Source: Candidatus Enterousia sp. (GTDB lineage: Bacteria > Pseudomonadota > Alphaproteobacteria > Rs-D84). Taken from it: a DNA stretch of 64,000 nucleotides. Numbering within the stretch: position 1 is the first letter of the stretch; every line of letters starts with the position of its first letter. The notes under the pieces were generated by a model that saw nothing but the letters and a program-made list of their open reading frames with translations, did no database searches and was not told the origin of the DNA. Shown piece by piece: positions 48,293-58,224 of the stretch. The DNA lies in contig JAZQGC010000009.1 of NCBI GenBank assembly GCA_045539815.1, forward strand, positions 9,064 to 73,063, read 5' to 3'. Both the position numbers and the translations under genes were made by a program.

Positions 48293-49315
48293 ATGTCGGA
48301 TATGTTTGATAAATTATTATTGTTAAGAACGCCTGGGGTTGGACCGGTGCGATATGCGCAACTGATTAATCAATTTGGTTGTGTCGCAGCGGCTGCGCGT
48401 GCGGTGGCAACGGATGGGCAATTGCGCGATTCGGTTTTGCAAGAGATGGAACGTGCCAATGCGTTGGGGGTTGTCTATTTGTCTGACGATGATGCGCGAT
48501 ATCCACAAAATTTGCGCAAAATAAAAAATCATCCGCCTGTGATTTGTGTCAGGGGAAATATAGATGTGTTGGCAAAAAAGATGGTATCTGTTGTGGGAAC
48601 GCGTCATGCGACCGCGGCGGGTATGAATATCGTGTCAGATATTGCGTGCAGGTTTGCTGAAAATTCGGTGGCGGTTGTGTCTGGGTTGGCAATCGGGACA
48701 GATACGGCGGCCCATCGTGGCGCTTTGCGTGCCGATGGCGATGCCCAGACGGTTGCAGTACTGGCGGGTGGGGTTGATTATGTGTGGCCATTGGAAAACG
48801 AATCGCTGTATTATCAAATCTTGGAACGTGGTGCAATTATCAGCGAGATGCCGGTCGGTTTTGTGCCAATTGCCAATAATTTTGTTCAGCGTAACAGGTG
48901 GGTTGCGGGGTTGTCTGATTCGTTAATTTTGGGCGAGGCCGATTTGAAATCAGGTTCAATGACAACGGCGCGATTCGCAATCAATTATGGACGTGAAGTG
49001 TGGGCAATACCATCACACCCCATGGATCCCAGGGCCACCGGGCCAAATTCGTTGATTCGCAGTGGGGATGCTAAATTATGTATGGGGCCGGATGATTTTT
49101 TTGAAAAAGATAAAAAAATAAAAAAAGATGAAAAAAAATCTGAAAAAAATGAATCGGAAAACAGTCTTATTGACGCGATAGGTAATATTCCAGTGTCAGA
49201 ATCTGTATTGTCAGAAATTGTCAAAAAATCAATTTCGGAAATCAAGGCGAATTTGGTTGTCTTGGAATTGCAGGGTTTGGTGCGAAAAGTTGACGGTGGA
49301 TATGTTCGCGTATAA
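48293..49315 (+). CDS. dprA: DNA-processing protein DprA (Smf)
   Basis: Rossmann-like DprA core GTRHATAAGMNI…SGLAIGTDTAAHRGAL. The ATG at 48293 is preferred; the upstream TTG is at 48254. Confidence 0.8.
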   Translation: MSDMFDKLLLLRTPGVGPVRYAQLINQFGCVAAAARAVATDGQLRDSVLQEMERANALGVVYLSDDDARYPQNLRKIKNHPPVICVRGNIDVLAKKMVSVVGTRHATAAGMNIVSDIACRFAENSVAVVSGLAIGTDTAAHRGALRADGDAQTVAVLAGGVDYVWPLENESLYYQILERGAIISEMPVGFVPIANNFVQRNRWVAGLSDSLILGEADLKSGSMTTARFAINYGREVWAIPSHPMDPRATGPNSLIRSGDAKLCMGPDDFFEKDKKIKKDEKKSEKNESENSLIDAIGNIPVSESVLSEIVKKSISEIKANLVVLELQGLVRKVDGGYVRV

Positions 49316-49809
49316 CTGATTTTATGTATATACAGTGTATATACAGTGTATATACAAAATGGCAGAAAACGGGCAAAAAAACGAATCGTTGTCAAAAAAT
49401 AAATCTGCGTTTTTTTGTTAATATTTTGTTGTAAATCGAATTTTATCTTATAAATTATTTGACGTATCCAAAACCGATTGAGAGATAAAAAATCAATCAA
49501 AAATTTAGGTCTTGGTTTTATGGCTGGGGCTTAAAAAAAAGGTGCGTCTTGGGTGACATTATAAGATGTCAAAAAATGTAAAGATGTGCCTGTGGTTTGG
49601 AAACTTGTGCTGGGTTCTTGGAACTGAAAAACGACAGGCTTGCAAGAATCAGTTTAACATGAGTGGCCAACCCAAACAGCGAGAGAGTAAGAGTAGGGCA
49701 ATAAAAATAAGTATTCTGAAACAGGGATATTTACGTTTTGTGCAGGTGGCTTTTACAACCTTGTGCATTGGGCAGGAAACTCTTTTAGGGAAGGAAAGGA
49801 GAAAACGAT
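49316..49809. promoter_or_regulatory. dnaA upstream region (candidate dnaA promoter/5'UTR; possible origin-associated region)
   Basis: A 494-bp non-coding region containing the triple palindrome and an AT-rich block (about 49390-49500). No perfect TTATCCACA DnaA boxes were seen. Confidence 0.3.
49325..49356. repeat. three copies of the 10-bp perfect palindrome TGTATATACA at 11-bp periodicity
   Basis: The copies lie at 49325-49334, 49336-49345 and 49347-49356, immediately after the dprA stop. Confidence 0.7.
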
Positions 49810-51093
49810 ATGCAGACAGTGGCAAAATTACAAATGACTAACTTGGAAGATATCAAGGGGGCCATTGCCGCAAAAATGGATTCTGCAAGTTTTGCTTCTT
49901 GGGTTGCACCATTAACATTTGATATTGTAAATGATACCTTGGTTTTGGGTGCACAAAATCAATTTTCAGCAGATTTTATTAACAGTGTTCATGGCAATAT
50001 GATTGCAGCTGTTGCGCGTGATTTTGGTTTGAATGCGCGTGTTGTTGTGCGTGGGGCGGCGGTTAAAACGGTTGCACCAATTGCAAATGATAATCAGGCC
50101 CAGGTTTATGCGCCTGTGGCAGTGGCACAGAACAATGCGTCTGTTGCGTTTGATTCTTTTGTTGTGTGTGATGAAAATATGTTTGTTGTATCGGCATGCA
50201 AAAAATTGGCAGCGGGCAGTGTTCCTTTTTCCCCGCTGTTTATTTATGGTGTGGCAGGTTGCGGTAAAACATTATTAACAGAATGTATCGCGGGCGCATC
50301 ACAGGGGCGTGTCGTTAAAATGAGTGGTGCGCAATTTGTTTCTGAATTTACACGCAGCTTGAAAGAACATAATATTTTCGCGTTCAAAGATTTTTGCCGT
50401 AATTGCGATACTTTTATTTTGGATGATGTACAAAGCTTGTCTGGTAAAAAGGCGTCAACAGATGAATTCTTGCAATTGGTTGTTGATTTGCGTAATGCGG
50501 GCAAGAACATTGTTTTGACATCAAATGCGGCCCCAAACAATATGACAGGATTTGACAGACGTGCACAATCTTTGTTGGCGTCTGGTTTGGTTGCGGATGT
50601 TTGTGCGCCAAATGCACATGTAAAATCTGTTATGTTAAAGCGTGCAGGTGTTGCAACAGATGTTGCAGATGCGATTGCGTCACGTATTGCAAATGATGGT
50701 CACTTGATTGCAGGTGTTGCGACAAAAATCAAAACATATGTTGATTTGATGGGTGCTGCGGTTGATATGGATGTTGCACAACGTTTGTTGGCAGATACAT
50801 TGCAGAAAACAAAAACACCATCTGCAATGGTTAAAGAAATGTGTGAAAAATTGGCTGTATCTTATGATGCGGTATGTGGTAATGGTCGCAGTCGTTCATT
50901 GGTTTTGGCGCGTCAGATAATGATGGTTGTATTAAAAAATGTTACGGGTTTGTCTTTGACAGAAATTGGTAATTTTGTTGGTGGTCGTGATCATGCAACG
51001 GTTTTGTATGCAATCAAACAAATTGAAAAACAACAGGCGTCAGATTTGGTTTTGTCCGCCCAGATTCAACAGTTGATTGGTGAATATAAATAA
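49810..51093 (+). CDS. dnaA: chromosomal replication initiator protein DnaA
   Basis: AAA+ motifs LFIYGVAGCGKTLL, FILDDVQ and VLTSN, plus domain IV SLTEIGNFVGGRDHATVLYAIKQIE. Confidence 0.8.
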   Translation: MQTVAKLQMTNLEDIKGAIAAKMDSASFASWVAPLTFDIVNDTLVLGAQNQFSADFINSVHGNMIAAVARDFGLNARVVVRGAAVKTVAPIANDNQAQVYAPVAVAQNNASVAFDSFVVCDENMFVVSACKKLAAGSVPFSPLFIYGVAGCGKTLLTECIAGASQGRVVKMSGAQFVSEFTRSLKEHNIFAFKDFCRNCDTFILDDVQSLSGKKASTDEFLQLVVDLRNAGKNIVLTSNAAPNNMTGFDRRAQSLLASGLVADVCAPNAHVKSVMLKRAGVATDVADAIASRIANDGHLIAGVATKIKTYVDLMGAAVDMDVAQRLLADTLQKTKTPSAMVKEMCEKLAVSYDAVCGNGRSRSLVLARQIMMVVLKNVTGLSLTEIGNFVGGRDHATVLYAIKQIEKQQASDLVLSAQIQQLIGEYK

Positions 51094-51119
51094 AAATACC
51101 CCCTGTTTGGGGATTTTTT
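51094..51119 (+). terminator. intrinsic terminator after dnaA
   Basis: acccc-ctgttt-ggggat followed by T6. Confidence 0.55.
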
Positions 51120-51183
51120 ATTGCTTGGAATTTATTGTGTTTTGTGGTAAAATTGCAGGGATATAATATATAGGAAGGGATTT

Positions 51184-52530
51184 ATGAAGAAATTTTTATT
51201 ATTTGTCTTGGCTTTGTTTGGTTGTGTGTCTGGTGCTGCGGCAGTGGAAGAATGTTTTGTACCAACAGATAGATTTGAGTTGGCAGGGTTTCAGAAAAGT
51301 ACTGATGATGAATTTTTGTATGATGCGGATGGGAATATTTATGAATGTGATGATGAGTTTTGTACTGATTCCCAAGAAGTGACTATGCCCGCAGGACATA
51401 TTTGGCAGGGTAAAACATATGGTGAATCTGTGAAGTATAGGTGTCGTATAGGTGATTATTTTAATGAAGACCGTTGGGAGCGCGTGGCCTTGGATAATAG
51501 AACGCAAGAGTTTACAGAGGATAAGATAGAATATGCGACGGGAGGGTGTGGGAATCCTGTTGGTTTAACAGAATATAGATTTGGGCAGTTTTCTGCGGAT
51601 AATGAGTTTATATATGATAAAGGGAAAGTGTACGAGTGTGATAATGAATTTTGTAAAGATGGGACAGAGAAATGTTTTGACGCGGGGCATTATTGGAAGG
51701 GGAAAGAAATCAAAGGAGCAGTAAAATATCGTTGTGAAGGTAGGACAAACTGGGTGCAGATTGAAATTGGTGACAAGTGTGTTGGTGGTAAAATAGCGCC
51801 AGGTCCTGGGGATTCTGATAAACCAAAGCCCGGGGAAAATAAAAAATCTTGCGTAGAAACGCGTAGTACGGCAGAGGGTAAGGCGTGTTGTTCGTTGTCG
51901 GATAGTGTTGCAAGGTGGACAGGAAGTGAATGTGTTTGTGTTGATACGAATAGGGAGTTTTCTTATGAGGGTTTGCAGGGGTATTGTAATACTAAGGGGA
52001 ATGAGGATGGTATTTATACTTGTGGACCGGCTGATCATGATAGTTTTACTATATGGACAACACAGTGTGCAGATTTTCCGGAAGGGTTGGCTTATATTGA
52101 GCAGCTGAAAGCGATGTGTGGTACAGCAAAGACGAGTGAATATGATAAATTGTTTAATGTGGTTCAAAGTTTTGTTAATGCCAAGTGTCAGAAAAGCACG
52201 GTGATACAAGAAGTAGTGGTAATAAAAGAAGAAAAACCAAAAAATACTGATGCGGAACGCAAAAAGATTTTGGCGGCTGAAAGCGTTTTGAAGGATATTG
52301 AATCCGGATTTGATGTCAGTGTTTGGAAAGACGCTGATGGTAAATTTAATACTGCGCGTTTGGCATCAGATTCAATTGCGGGTGTTGTTTTGGGTACCGC
52401 GGGTGGTTTGATTACCAGCAGCGTTATCAAAAAACATCAGGTAGAAGACGGATTCGAAGATATTAACTGTGTAATTGGCGGTCAATCTGTCGCCGGTTGG
52501 GGTGATGAATTTAGTGTTGGTGTTCAATAA
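51184..52530 (+). CDS. secreted cysteine-rich protein with two tandem ~60-aa repeats and a C-terminal hydrophobic segment
   Basis: Signal peptide. Repeats DDEFLYDADGNIYECDDEFCTD…KYRC and DNEFIYDKGKVYECDNEFCKD…KYRC. A C-terminal Gly-rich helix IAGVVLGTAGGLITSSVI. There are 24 Cys in total. Confidence 0.55.
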   Translation: MKKFLLFVLALFGCVSGAAAVEECFVPTDRFELAGFQKSTDDEFLYDADGNIYECDDEFCTDSQEVTMPAGHIWQGKTYGESVKYRCRIGDYFNEDRWERVALDNRTQEFTEDKIEYATGGCGNPVGLTEYRFGQFSADNEFIYDKGKVYECDNEFCKDGTEKCFDAGHYWKGKEIKGAVKYRCEGRTNWVQIEIGDKCVGGKIAPGPGDSDKPKPGENKKSCVETRSTAEGKACCSLSDSVARWTGSECVCVDTNREFSYEGLQGYCNTKGNEDGIYTCGPADHDSFTIWTTQCADFPEGLAYIEQLKAMCGTAKTSEYDKLFNVVQSFVNAKCQKSTVIQEVVVIKEEKPKNTDAERKKILAAESVLKDIESGFDVSVWKDADGKFNTARLASDSIAGVVLGTAGGLITSSVIKKHQVEDGFEDINCVIGGQSVAGWGDEFSVGVQ

Positions 52531-52561
52531 TAAAAATGCCCCGTTGTGGGGCATTTTTTTA
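52531..52561 (+). terminator. intrinsic terminator
   Basis: atgcccc-gttgt-ggggcat followed by T7. Confidence 0.7.
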
Positions 52562-52701
52562 TGGTGTGTGCTGATTTTTATTGTTTACAGATATGTAAAA
52601 AATTGATATAATTACAGAGATAAACATACATTTTGTATGGCGGAAATTAATGAAAGGTTGGGTTTCTGGGGATTGTGGCCCGAAACACACAGGGGGGTTA
52701 G

Positions 52702-55533
52702 ATGATAAGTCAAAAAATCGTAGGTTCTGTCAAAAATGCAGTTGGGACTGTTTTCTTGTTGATGGGTGCGTTTTTGGTTTGTTCTACATTGGTGTCAATG
52801 CGTACGGTGTTGGCTGATCCGATTGCGCCAATTAATGACCAGGCTGTTTTGGTGCAACAGTTGGGAACTCAACAGGGTAATGCGCGCGGTGCGGCATTGC
52901 GTGAAAGTCCACGAAATCGTGCGACGACGCGTACAAATGTTGCACGTACAACTGTGGCGCCTGCAACAAATTCACGTGCGGTGGCAACACGTGCGGCAAA
53001 TTCGCGTGCGGCCACGGTGAATAATGCGCGTGCAACAACACGGGCGGCGGCAAAACGCGCCGTGTCTTCGCGTGCAACGGCAACACCAACGCGTGGGGTT
53101 GTGCAAAATCAACGCAGTGTCGTTTCGCGCAGTGCAAATGTTGCAAACAGAACAACAGCAATAAATAATCGTAATGTTCGTGCCCGTACGGCTGTGGCCG
53201 CGGATTCTGCGCGCGTTTCTTTGCAGGGCAGTGCAATTCGTGGTTCGAAAACAAGTGGTGGAACCAGTTATTCTTATCTGACGAATAAACTGTATACGGG
53301 AAATTATTCCAATATTATCGATTCAACCACAGGATTGATTTCAGCGGATGCGTTTAATAATTGTTTGGAATCTTATTATGCGTGTATGGATGAAATCTGT
53401 ACCGCGCGTAACCAGGCCCAGCGTCGTTGTGCGTGCGCTGGACGCGTAACCGCATTTGCAGAGGCAGAAGCCGCACTGGAAACAGCAAACGAAGAATTAA
53501 TCAAGGCGTCTGGTGAATTGGCATTGTTGGTTGCAAATCGTGGTAAAGATGTATCAGAAGCATTTCAATTAACCGAAGCGGAACAGGTTATGAACTGTGT
53601 TTCATGGCAAGAGGTTACAAATCAATATGGTACAAATTCTGAACAGGCCATAGATTGGTGTTCGTCGCATGGAATCTTTAATGATGGCAAGGTGGTAACA
53701 AGTTGTGGTATGCCAGATTATTGTTCCAATAACAGCTTTGGATTTGATGTCAAGAATTTAAATGGAAACGGGTCTGATATATTGGCGTCTTTACAGGCGT
53801 GGGCTGATGCCAAAGAACGCACAATCACCATTTTAACAGATGATGAAAATTCTTTGTTAAATGCATTCGAAGGTGTTTCTGGTGTGGTCAGCAATTTGGC
53901 CGGATTGAGTGATGGTTTTGCTGCAAATGAAGAAACCAAGGATTCTTTGGCGGAAACATGGGGGTATGAATTGTTTGCACATGCCCATAACGAGGTTTGC
54001 AGTCGTGTTCTGGATTCTTGTTTTAATGGTATTTATGAATCGTGTGGTTCACCATCGTCGTTCGGTGGAAAATGCGCAAATGGCCAGTCTTCGAATTGTC
54101 CGTTTAACTATAATTCCAAGATAAAAGTCAGTGCAAAGGGCGAAATTGATTTGTTCGAACGCGGTGTGTCGTCCACAACCAATGCCAGTGCGTCTTGTTT
54201 TGGATATACATCAACATCGGGTGATCCATATTCTAATTTGCGTGGGCCGGTTGCTGATGCGCGTCGCAGTATTATGAATAAGTATTTGTTGGACGCAAAT
54301 GCTGATTGCGATTTGTATGGCGAACAATTGCGTACAACCGCACAAAATATCGCCTATCAAAAGGTTGCTGCACAACAGGCGTTGCAACAAAAACGTTTGG
54401 AATTCGCAGTTGAAGAAGAAGAAGAAATCTTGACTGCGGCGATTGAAGCGGGAACAAACTTTAATGAATGTTTAAGTGAAATTTATGATTGTTATGAAAG
54501 TACATCTGACAGTGAACCAAATTGGCCAGATGCGCGTGTGAAAACTTATTGTGCGCAGATTGCAAATGTACCGCATTGCTATGAAGAGATGATTTGTAAT
54601 CCTTCTACGGCACAATTCAAGGCAATCATAGACAAGGCAGACAATGCACAATGTGATAATAATCAAGATTATACAAAAAATACTTGCCGTAATATTGTTA
54701 CATTGAATGAAATCTTGAAAGGTACGGGCGTGAATGGCGCGTCTGTTGAATTGGATGGCAAAGGAAATTCTGCTGCAATGCGTGAACAATGCTTGTTGGA
54801 TGCGGGCGTGGCAGATATCCGTAACTGGTCCACAGATGTTGTTCTGGAACAAAGATGTTCTGTGGCTGAGTTGCCGAAAAATGCAACAACTGGTTACAAG
54901 GATAAAAATGGAAATTGTGTTGCGCTGACATGTAACGAAGGGTATTTGTTGATTAATGGTGAATGTAATCAATCGTCAAGATTGGACTGCACAAAGGCTA
55001 TCCCAGGCGCAAAACAGGCGTATAGAGAACTGGAAAATGGACAGTATGGTGATTGTAAATTGGATTCTTGTCTGGATAATTATGAAAAAGTTGGCAATGA
55101 ATGTAAGCCAAACACTGAATCTTGTCCGGCAGATACATTGACTGTTCTGAATGCAATCAGTGGAACACGTGTTTGGGGCGGTAGTGCGTGGGATGGTTGT
55201 GTGATAAAAGCATGTAAATCTGGGTTCGAATTGTATAACAATACATGTTATAAAACAACTGCTTCGTGTGATATCCAAAATGCCAAGGTTGCACGGCAGG
55301 ATTTTGTTAATGGTTCATATGGCGCGTGTTATGTTGTAGAGTGCGAAACCAATTATCAACCCAATGCAGATGAAACAAAATGCGAACCAAAAACCGTGGC
55401 TTGCACAACACTGCCAGCAAATGCAACGGCTGGGACACGGACATGGCAGGGAACTGATTGGTCGGAATGTGAAATAACCAAGTGCGTTGATGATTATGAT
55501 TTAGTCGACAACAAGTGTGTTAAAAAAGAATAA
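52702..55533 (+). CDS. large (943 aa) secreted/membrane-anchored cysteine-rich repeat protein
   Basis: N-terminal hydrophobic signal/anchor. An Arg/Thr/Ala-rich low-complexity tract of about 110 aa (RNRATTRTNVARTTVAPATNSRAVATRAANSRAATV…). A central Cys-rich domain. Five C-terminal modules of about 45 aa, each with four Cys of the form C-x2-3-C-x2-(G/N/D)(Y/F)-x5-7-C, e.g. CVALTCNEGYLLINGEC. Confidence 0.6.
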   Translation: MISQKIVGSVKNAVGTVFLLMGAFLVCSTLVSMRTVLADPIAPINDQAVLVQQLGTQQGNARGAALRESPRNRATTRTNVARTTVAPATNSRAVATRAANSRAATVNNARATTRAAAKRAVSSRATATPTRGVVQNQRSVVSRSANVANRTTAINNRNVRARTAVAADSARVSLQGSAIRGSKTSGGTSYSYLTNKLYTGNYSNIIDSTTGLISADAFNNCLESYYACMDEICTARNQAQRRCACAGRVTAFAEAEAALETANEELIKASGELALLVANRGKDVSEAFQLTEAEQVMNCVSWQEVTNQYGTNSEQAIDWCSSHGIFNDGKVVTSCGMPDYCSNNSFGFDVKNLNGNGSDILASLQAWADAKERTITILTDDENSLLNAFEGVSGVVSNLAGLSDGFAANEETKDSLAETWGYELFAHAHNEVCSRVLDSCFNGIYESCGSPSSFGGKCANGQSSNCPFNYNSKIKVSAKGEIDLFERGVSSTTNASASCFGYTSTSGDPYSNLRGPVADARRSIMNKYLLDANADCDLYGEQLRTTAQNIAYQKVAAQQALQQKRLEFAVEEEEEILTAAIEAGTNFNECLSEIYDCYESTSDSEPNWPDARVKTYCAQIANVPHCYEEMICNPSTAQFKAIIDKADNAQCDNNQDYTKNTCRNIVTLNEILKGTGVNGASVELDGKGNSAAMREQCLLDAGVADIRNWSTDVVLEQRCSVAELPKNATTGYKDKNGNCVALTCNEGYLLINGECNQSSRLDCTKAIPGAKQAYRELENGQYGDCKLDSCLDNYEKVGNECKPNTESCPADTLTVLNAISGTRVWGGSAWDGCVIKACKSGFELYNNTCYKTTASCDIQNAKVARQDFVNGSYGACYVVECETNYQPNADETKCEPKTVACTTLPANATAGTRTWQGTDWSECEITKCVDDYDLVDNKCVKKE

Positions 55534-55560
55534 AAAAACCGCCAATCGGCGGTTTTTTTA
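55531..55560. terminator. bidirectional intrinsic terminator
   Basis: A7-accgcc-aatc-ggcggt-T7 between convergent genes. Confidence 0.7.
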
Positions 55561-56019
55561 ATGTTGATTATTTTTCTTGTATTTTTCAATCAATTTGGCA
55601 CGGATTGCGATTTCTTGTTCTATATCTTTCCATGTTGCTTGATTTAAATGTTCTTTGTAATTTTTTTCGTATTCGTCAAATATGTATAACGAATGTGGGA
55701 ATACTAATGCAACAGGATCCAATGTTTTGCAGCTTTTGTATTCAATGATTGTTGTTGCAATCTCTGGTCCCATGACTGTTTGTAATTGTTCTTGATGTAT
55801 TGACATTTCGTATGCGCATGGATTTGGAAAATTGATTGCACTCAGCCAACCTGTATTTGTTTGTTGTTCGACACCATTGATTTTTATAACTGCCATTGGT
55901 GTTTCATAGCACATACCAAAAAATGCGTTCGGCATGAATGAACCGAATTTTATGTTATAGGTTGTTTTTAATACAGAATTGTCTTGTGTTTTTGTATTTG
56001 TTGTTTCTTTATTTGACAT
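55558..56019 (-). CDS. hypothetical protein (~153 aa; alternative upstream start at 56085)
   Basis: ORF with protein-like composition. No recognised motif. Confidence 0.45.
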   Translation of the reverse strand: MSNKETTNTKTQDNSVLKTTYNIKFGSFMPNAFFGMCYETPMAVIKINGVEQQTNTGWLSAINFPNPCAYEMSIHQEQLQTVMGPEIATTIIEYKSCKTLDPVALVFPHSLYIFDEYEKNYKEHLNQATWKDIEQEIAIRAKLIEKYKKNNQH

Positions 56020-56109
56020 GTTAATGTACCTTTGTTTTTTTATCATTGTAATACAATAAAATAAATTGTCAATAATTATAAGCAAAAAAAACTGGGGTCG
56101 CCCCCAGCT

Positions 56110-58089
56110 TTATACAAATAAATCTTTGACGAATTGGGCATGCTCGGTTATAAATTTAAAGCGAAATTCTGGTTTTTTGCCCATTAATTCAGATACGATT
56201 GTACGCGTTTTTTCCGTGTCTTCGGCGCCTTCTTCGGTGCGTGGGGGTAATTCAACGCGTATTAATCGGCGGGTTTTTTGGGACATTGTTGTTTCTTTTA
56301 GTTGGTTTGGCATCATTTCGCCCAGTCCCTTGAATCGTGATATTTCGACTTTTTTATTTTTGTATTTTGTCGCCTTTAAATTTTCCAGTTCTTCGTCACT
56401 GTCAACATATATCGATTCGGTGCCACATGTTAACTTATACAATGGGGGACAAGATAGATACAGGTGTCCGCCATAAATTAACTGGGGCATATATTGATAG
56501 AAAAACGCCATTAATAATGATGCAATATGGCTGCCGTCAACGTCGGCATCGGTCATAATGATGATTTTTTCATAACGTAATTTATCTTCGTTCCAGTCCT
56601 TGGCCGTGCCGGCGCCAATAATGTCGATTAAGTCATTTAATTCTTTGTTCGCGCCAAAGCGTTCATCGGAATTGGAAATAACATTTAACACCTTGCCACG
56701 CAGGGGCATAATTGCCTGGGTTGCGCGATCGCGCGCCTGTTTGGCGGTGCCACCAGCAGATTCCCCTTCGACGATGAATAATTCTGTGCCCGCAATACCG
56801 TGTTTTGAACAGTCTGCCAATTTTGCAGGCATACGAATTCGTTTTGTTGGGGTTTTACGCGCAACATCCTTGACCTGTTTGGTTTTAATGCGGGCGTTGG
56901 CCAGATTTATAACAAATTCTAATAATGCGTTCGCTGTTTTGGGGTCAGATGCCAAAAACATTTCCCATGGATCACGCAGTGCGTTTTCTGTGAAACGCGC
57001 GATTTCTGGGTTGGATAATTTTTCTTTGGTTTGACCCAAAAATTGTGGGGTTTTGTAAAATACAGATACGATTGATGCAACAGAATCAAATACGTCTTCA
57101 CCGATAATAGATGATGCAGATTTGTTGTTTGTTTTTTCGCCGTATGCTTTTAAACCCTTGGTTATGGCGGACTTAAAACCAGTTTCGTGTGTGCCACCGT
57201 CAATTGTTGCAATCGTATTACAATATGACGAGAAAAATCCGTCGTCAGATGCCGCACCGTTTTCATCGGTTAAAAATGTCAATGCCCATTCAACGCGTCC
57301 CGAATCGTCAGGAAAATCAACGCTGCCACTGAATATGCGGGGTAAAATACGTGGTTTTGAATCGGTTTTTTCCGCCAAGAAATCTGCAACGCCGTTCGGA
57401 TAATGAAATGTTGTTGTTGCAGGAATATTCATATCTTCTGTCAGCAGATCAGGGTTACATTGCCAGTCTATTTTTATTCCCTTGGATAAAAAAGCCTTGG
57501 CACGGGCCATGCGATAAATCTTTATTGGTTTGAAGGTTGCGTTTGCGCCAAAGATTTCATCATCAATTGTAAATCGTATTTTTGTGCCGTGAGATTTTGT
57601 TGCGTCGCCGCGTTGCATTGTGCTGGTCGGTAACCCACGAGAAAATGTTTGACGCCATTGATAGCCATCGCGGGAAATGGTCACAATCATTTCAGATGAC
57701 AGGGCGTTCACAACCGCAGAACCAACACCATGCAGACCGCCACTGGTTTTATATACATTGTTATTAAACTTGCCACCAGAATGCAGGGTTGTTAAAATTA
57801 CCTCTAATGCAGATTTGCCGGGGTATTTTGGATGCTCGTCCACGGGGATTCCGCGGCCGTCATCTGTGATTTCAATCGTTTTGGAATCAATTAAATGAAC
57901 CGATATTTTCTTTGCAAATCCGGCCACGGCTTCGTCAATAGAATTGTCCATGATTTCAATTGGCAGATGATGCCATGCCTTTTCATCTGTACCGCCAATA
58001 TACATCCCAGGACGCAAACGAACAGGCTCTAAACCCTCCAGAACCTGAATGTCTGATGCGTCATATGTTTTTATATTCTTGTCTGTCAT
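56110..58089 (-). CDS. parE: type IIA topoisomerase B subunit, ParE-like (topoisomerase IV subunit B) by length
   Basis: GHKL ATPase motifs IMDNSIDEA and HGVGSAVVNALS, and a TOPRIM domain. At 660-673 aa it lacks the GyrB-specific insertion. Confidence 0.7.
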   Translation of the reverse strand: MTDKNIKTYDASDIQVLEGLEPVRLRPGMYIGGTDEKAWHHLPIEIMDNSIDEAVAGFAKKISVHLIDSKTIEITDDGRGIPVDEHPKYPGKSALEVILTTLHSGGKFNNNVYKTSGGLHGVGSAVVNALSSEMIVTISRDGYQWRQTFSRGLPTSTMQRGDATKSHGTKIRFTIDDEIFGANATFKPIKIYRMARAKAFLSKGIKIDWQCNPDLLTEDMNIPATTTFHYPNGVADFLAEKTDSKPRILPRIFSGSVDFPDDSGRVEWALTFLTDENGAASDDGFFSSYCNTIATIDGGTHETGFKSAITKGLKAYGEKTNNKSASSIIGEDVFDSVASIVSVFYKTPQFLGQTKEKLSNPEIARFTENALRDPWEMFLASDPKTANALLEFVINLANARIKTKQVKDVARKTPTKRIRMPAKLADCSKHGIAGTELFIVEGESAGGTAKQARDRATQAIMPLRGKVLNVISNSDERFGANKELNDLIDIIGAGTAKDWNEDKLRYEKIIIMTDADVDGSHIASLLMAFFYQYMPQLIYGGHLYLSCPPLYKLTCGTESIYVDSDEELENLKATKYKNKKVEISRFKGLGEMMPNQLKETTMSQKTRRLIRVELPPRTEEGAEDTEKTRTIVSELMGKKPEFRFKFITEHAQFVKDLFV

Positions 58090-58224
58090 GCTTGTATTAT
58101 TAGAACATTTTTTGATTTTACGCAAGCCCAAAGAATTTAAGCATAATTATTATTCTGGGCTTGATTTTTTTATGTGCTGTCTTATATATTCTATAACGAT
58201 AATTAAATTACAGCAGGTTATAAC

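Noticed and set aside
49566-49841. 91-aa ORF in the dnaA upstream region
   Set aside because: No RBS, it overlaps the dnaA start, and its composition is not protein-like. This is more likely dnaA 5'UTR/regulatory DNA.
52832-53254. 140-aa minus-strand ORF (His/Pro/Leu-rich)
   Set aside because: It is the antisense of the Arg/Thr/Ala-rich repeat tract of the 943-aa protein, a compositional artefact.
54472-55278. Minus-strand ORFs of 100-166 aa inside the large Cys-rich gene
   Set aside because: They are antisense to a long uninterrupted plus-strand ORF that has a signal peptide and a terminator. Their products are Cys/Ile-rich and junk-like.
56110-58131. Calling this gene gyrB
   Set aside because: At about 660-673 aa it lacks the roughly 170-aa GyrB-specific insertion typical of proteobacterial GyrB, so ParE is favoured. 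The assignment remains inferential without gyrA/parC context.
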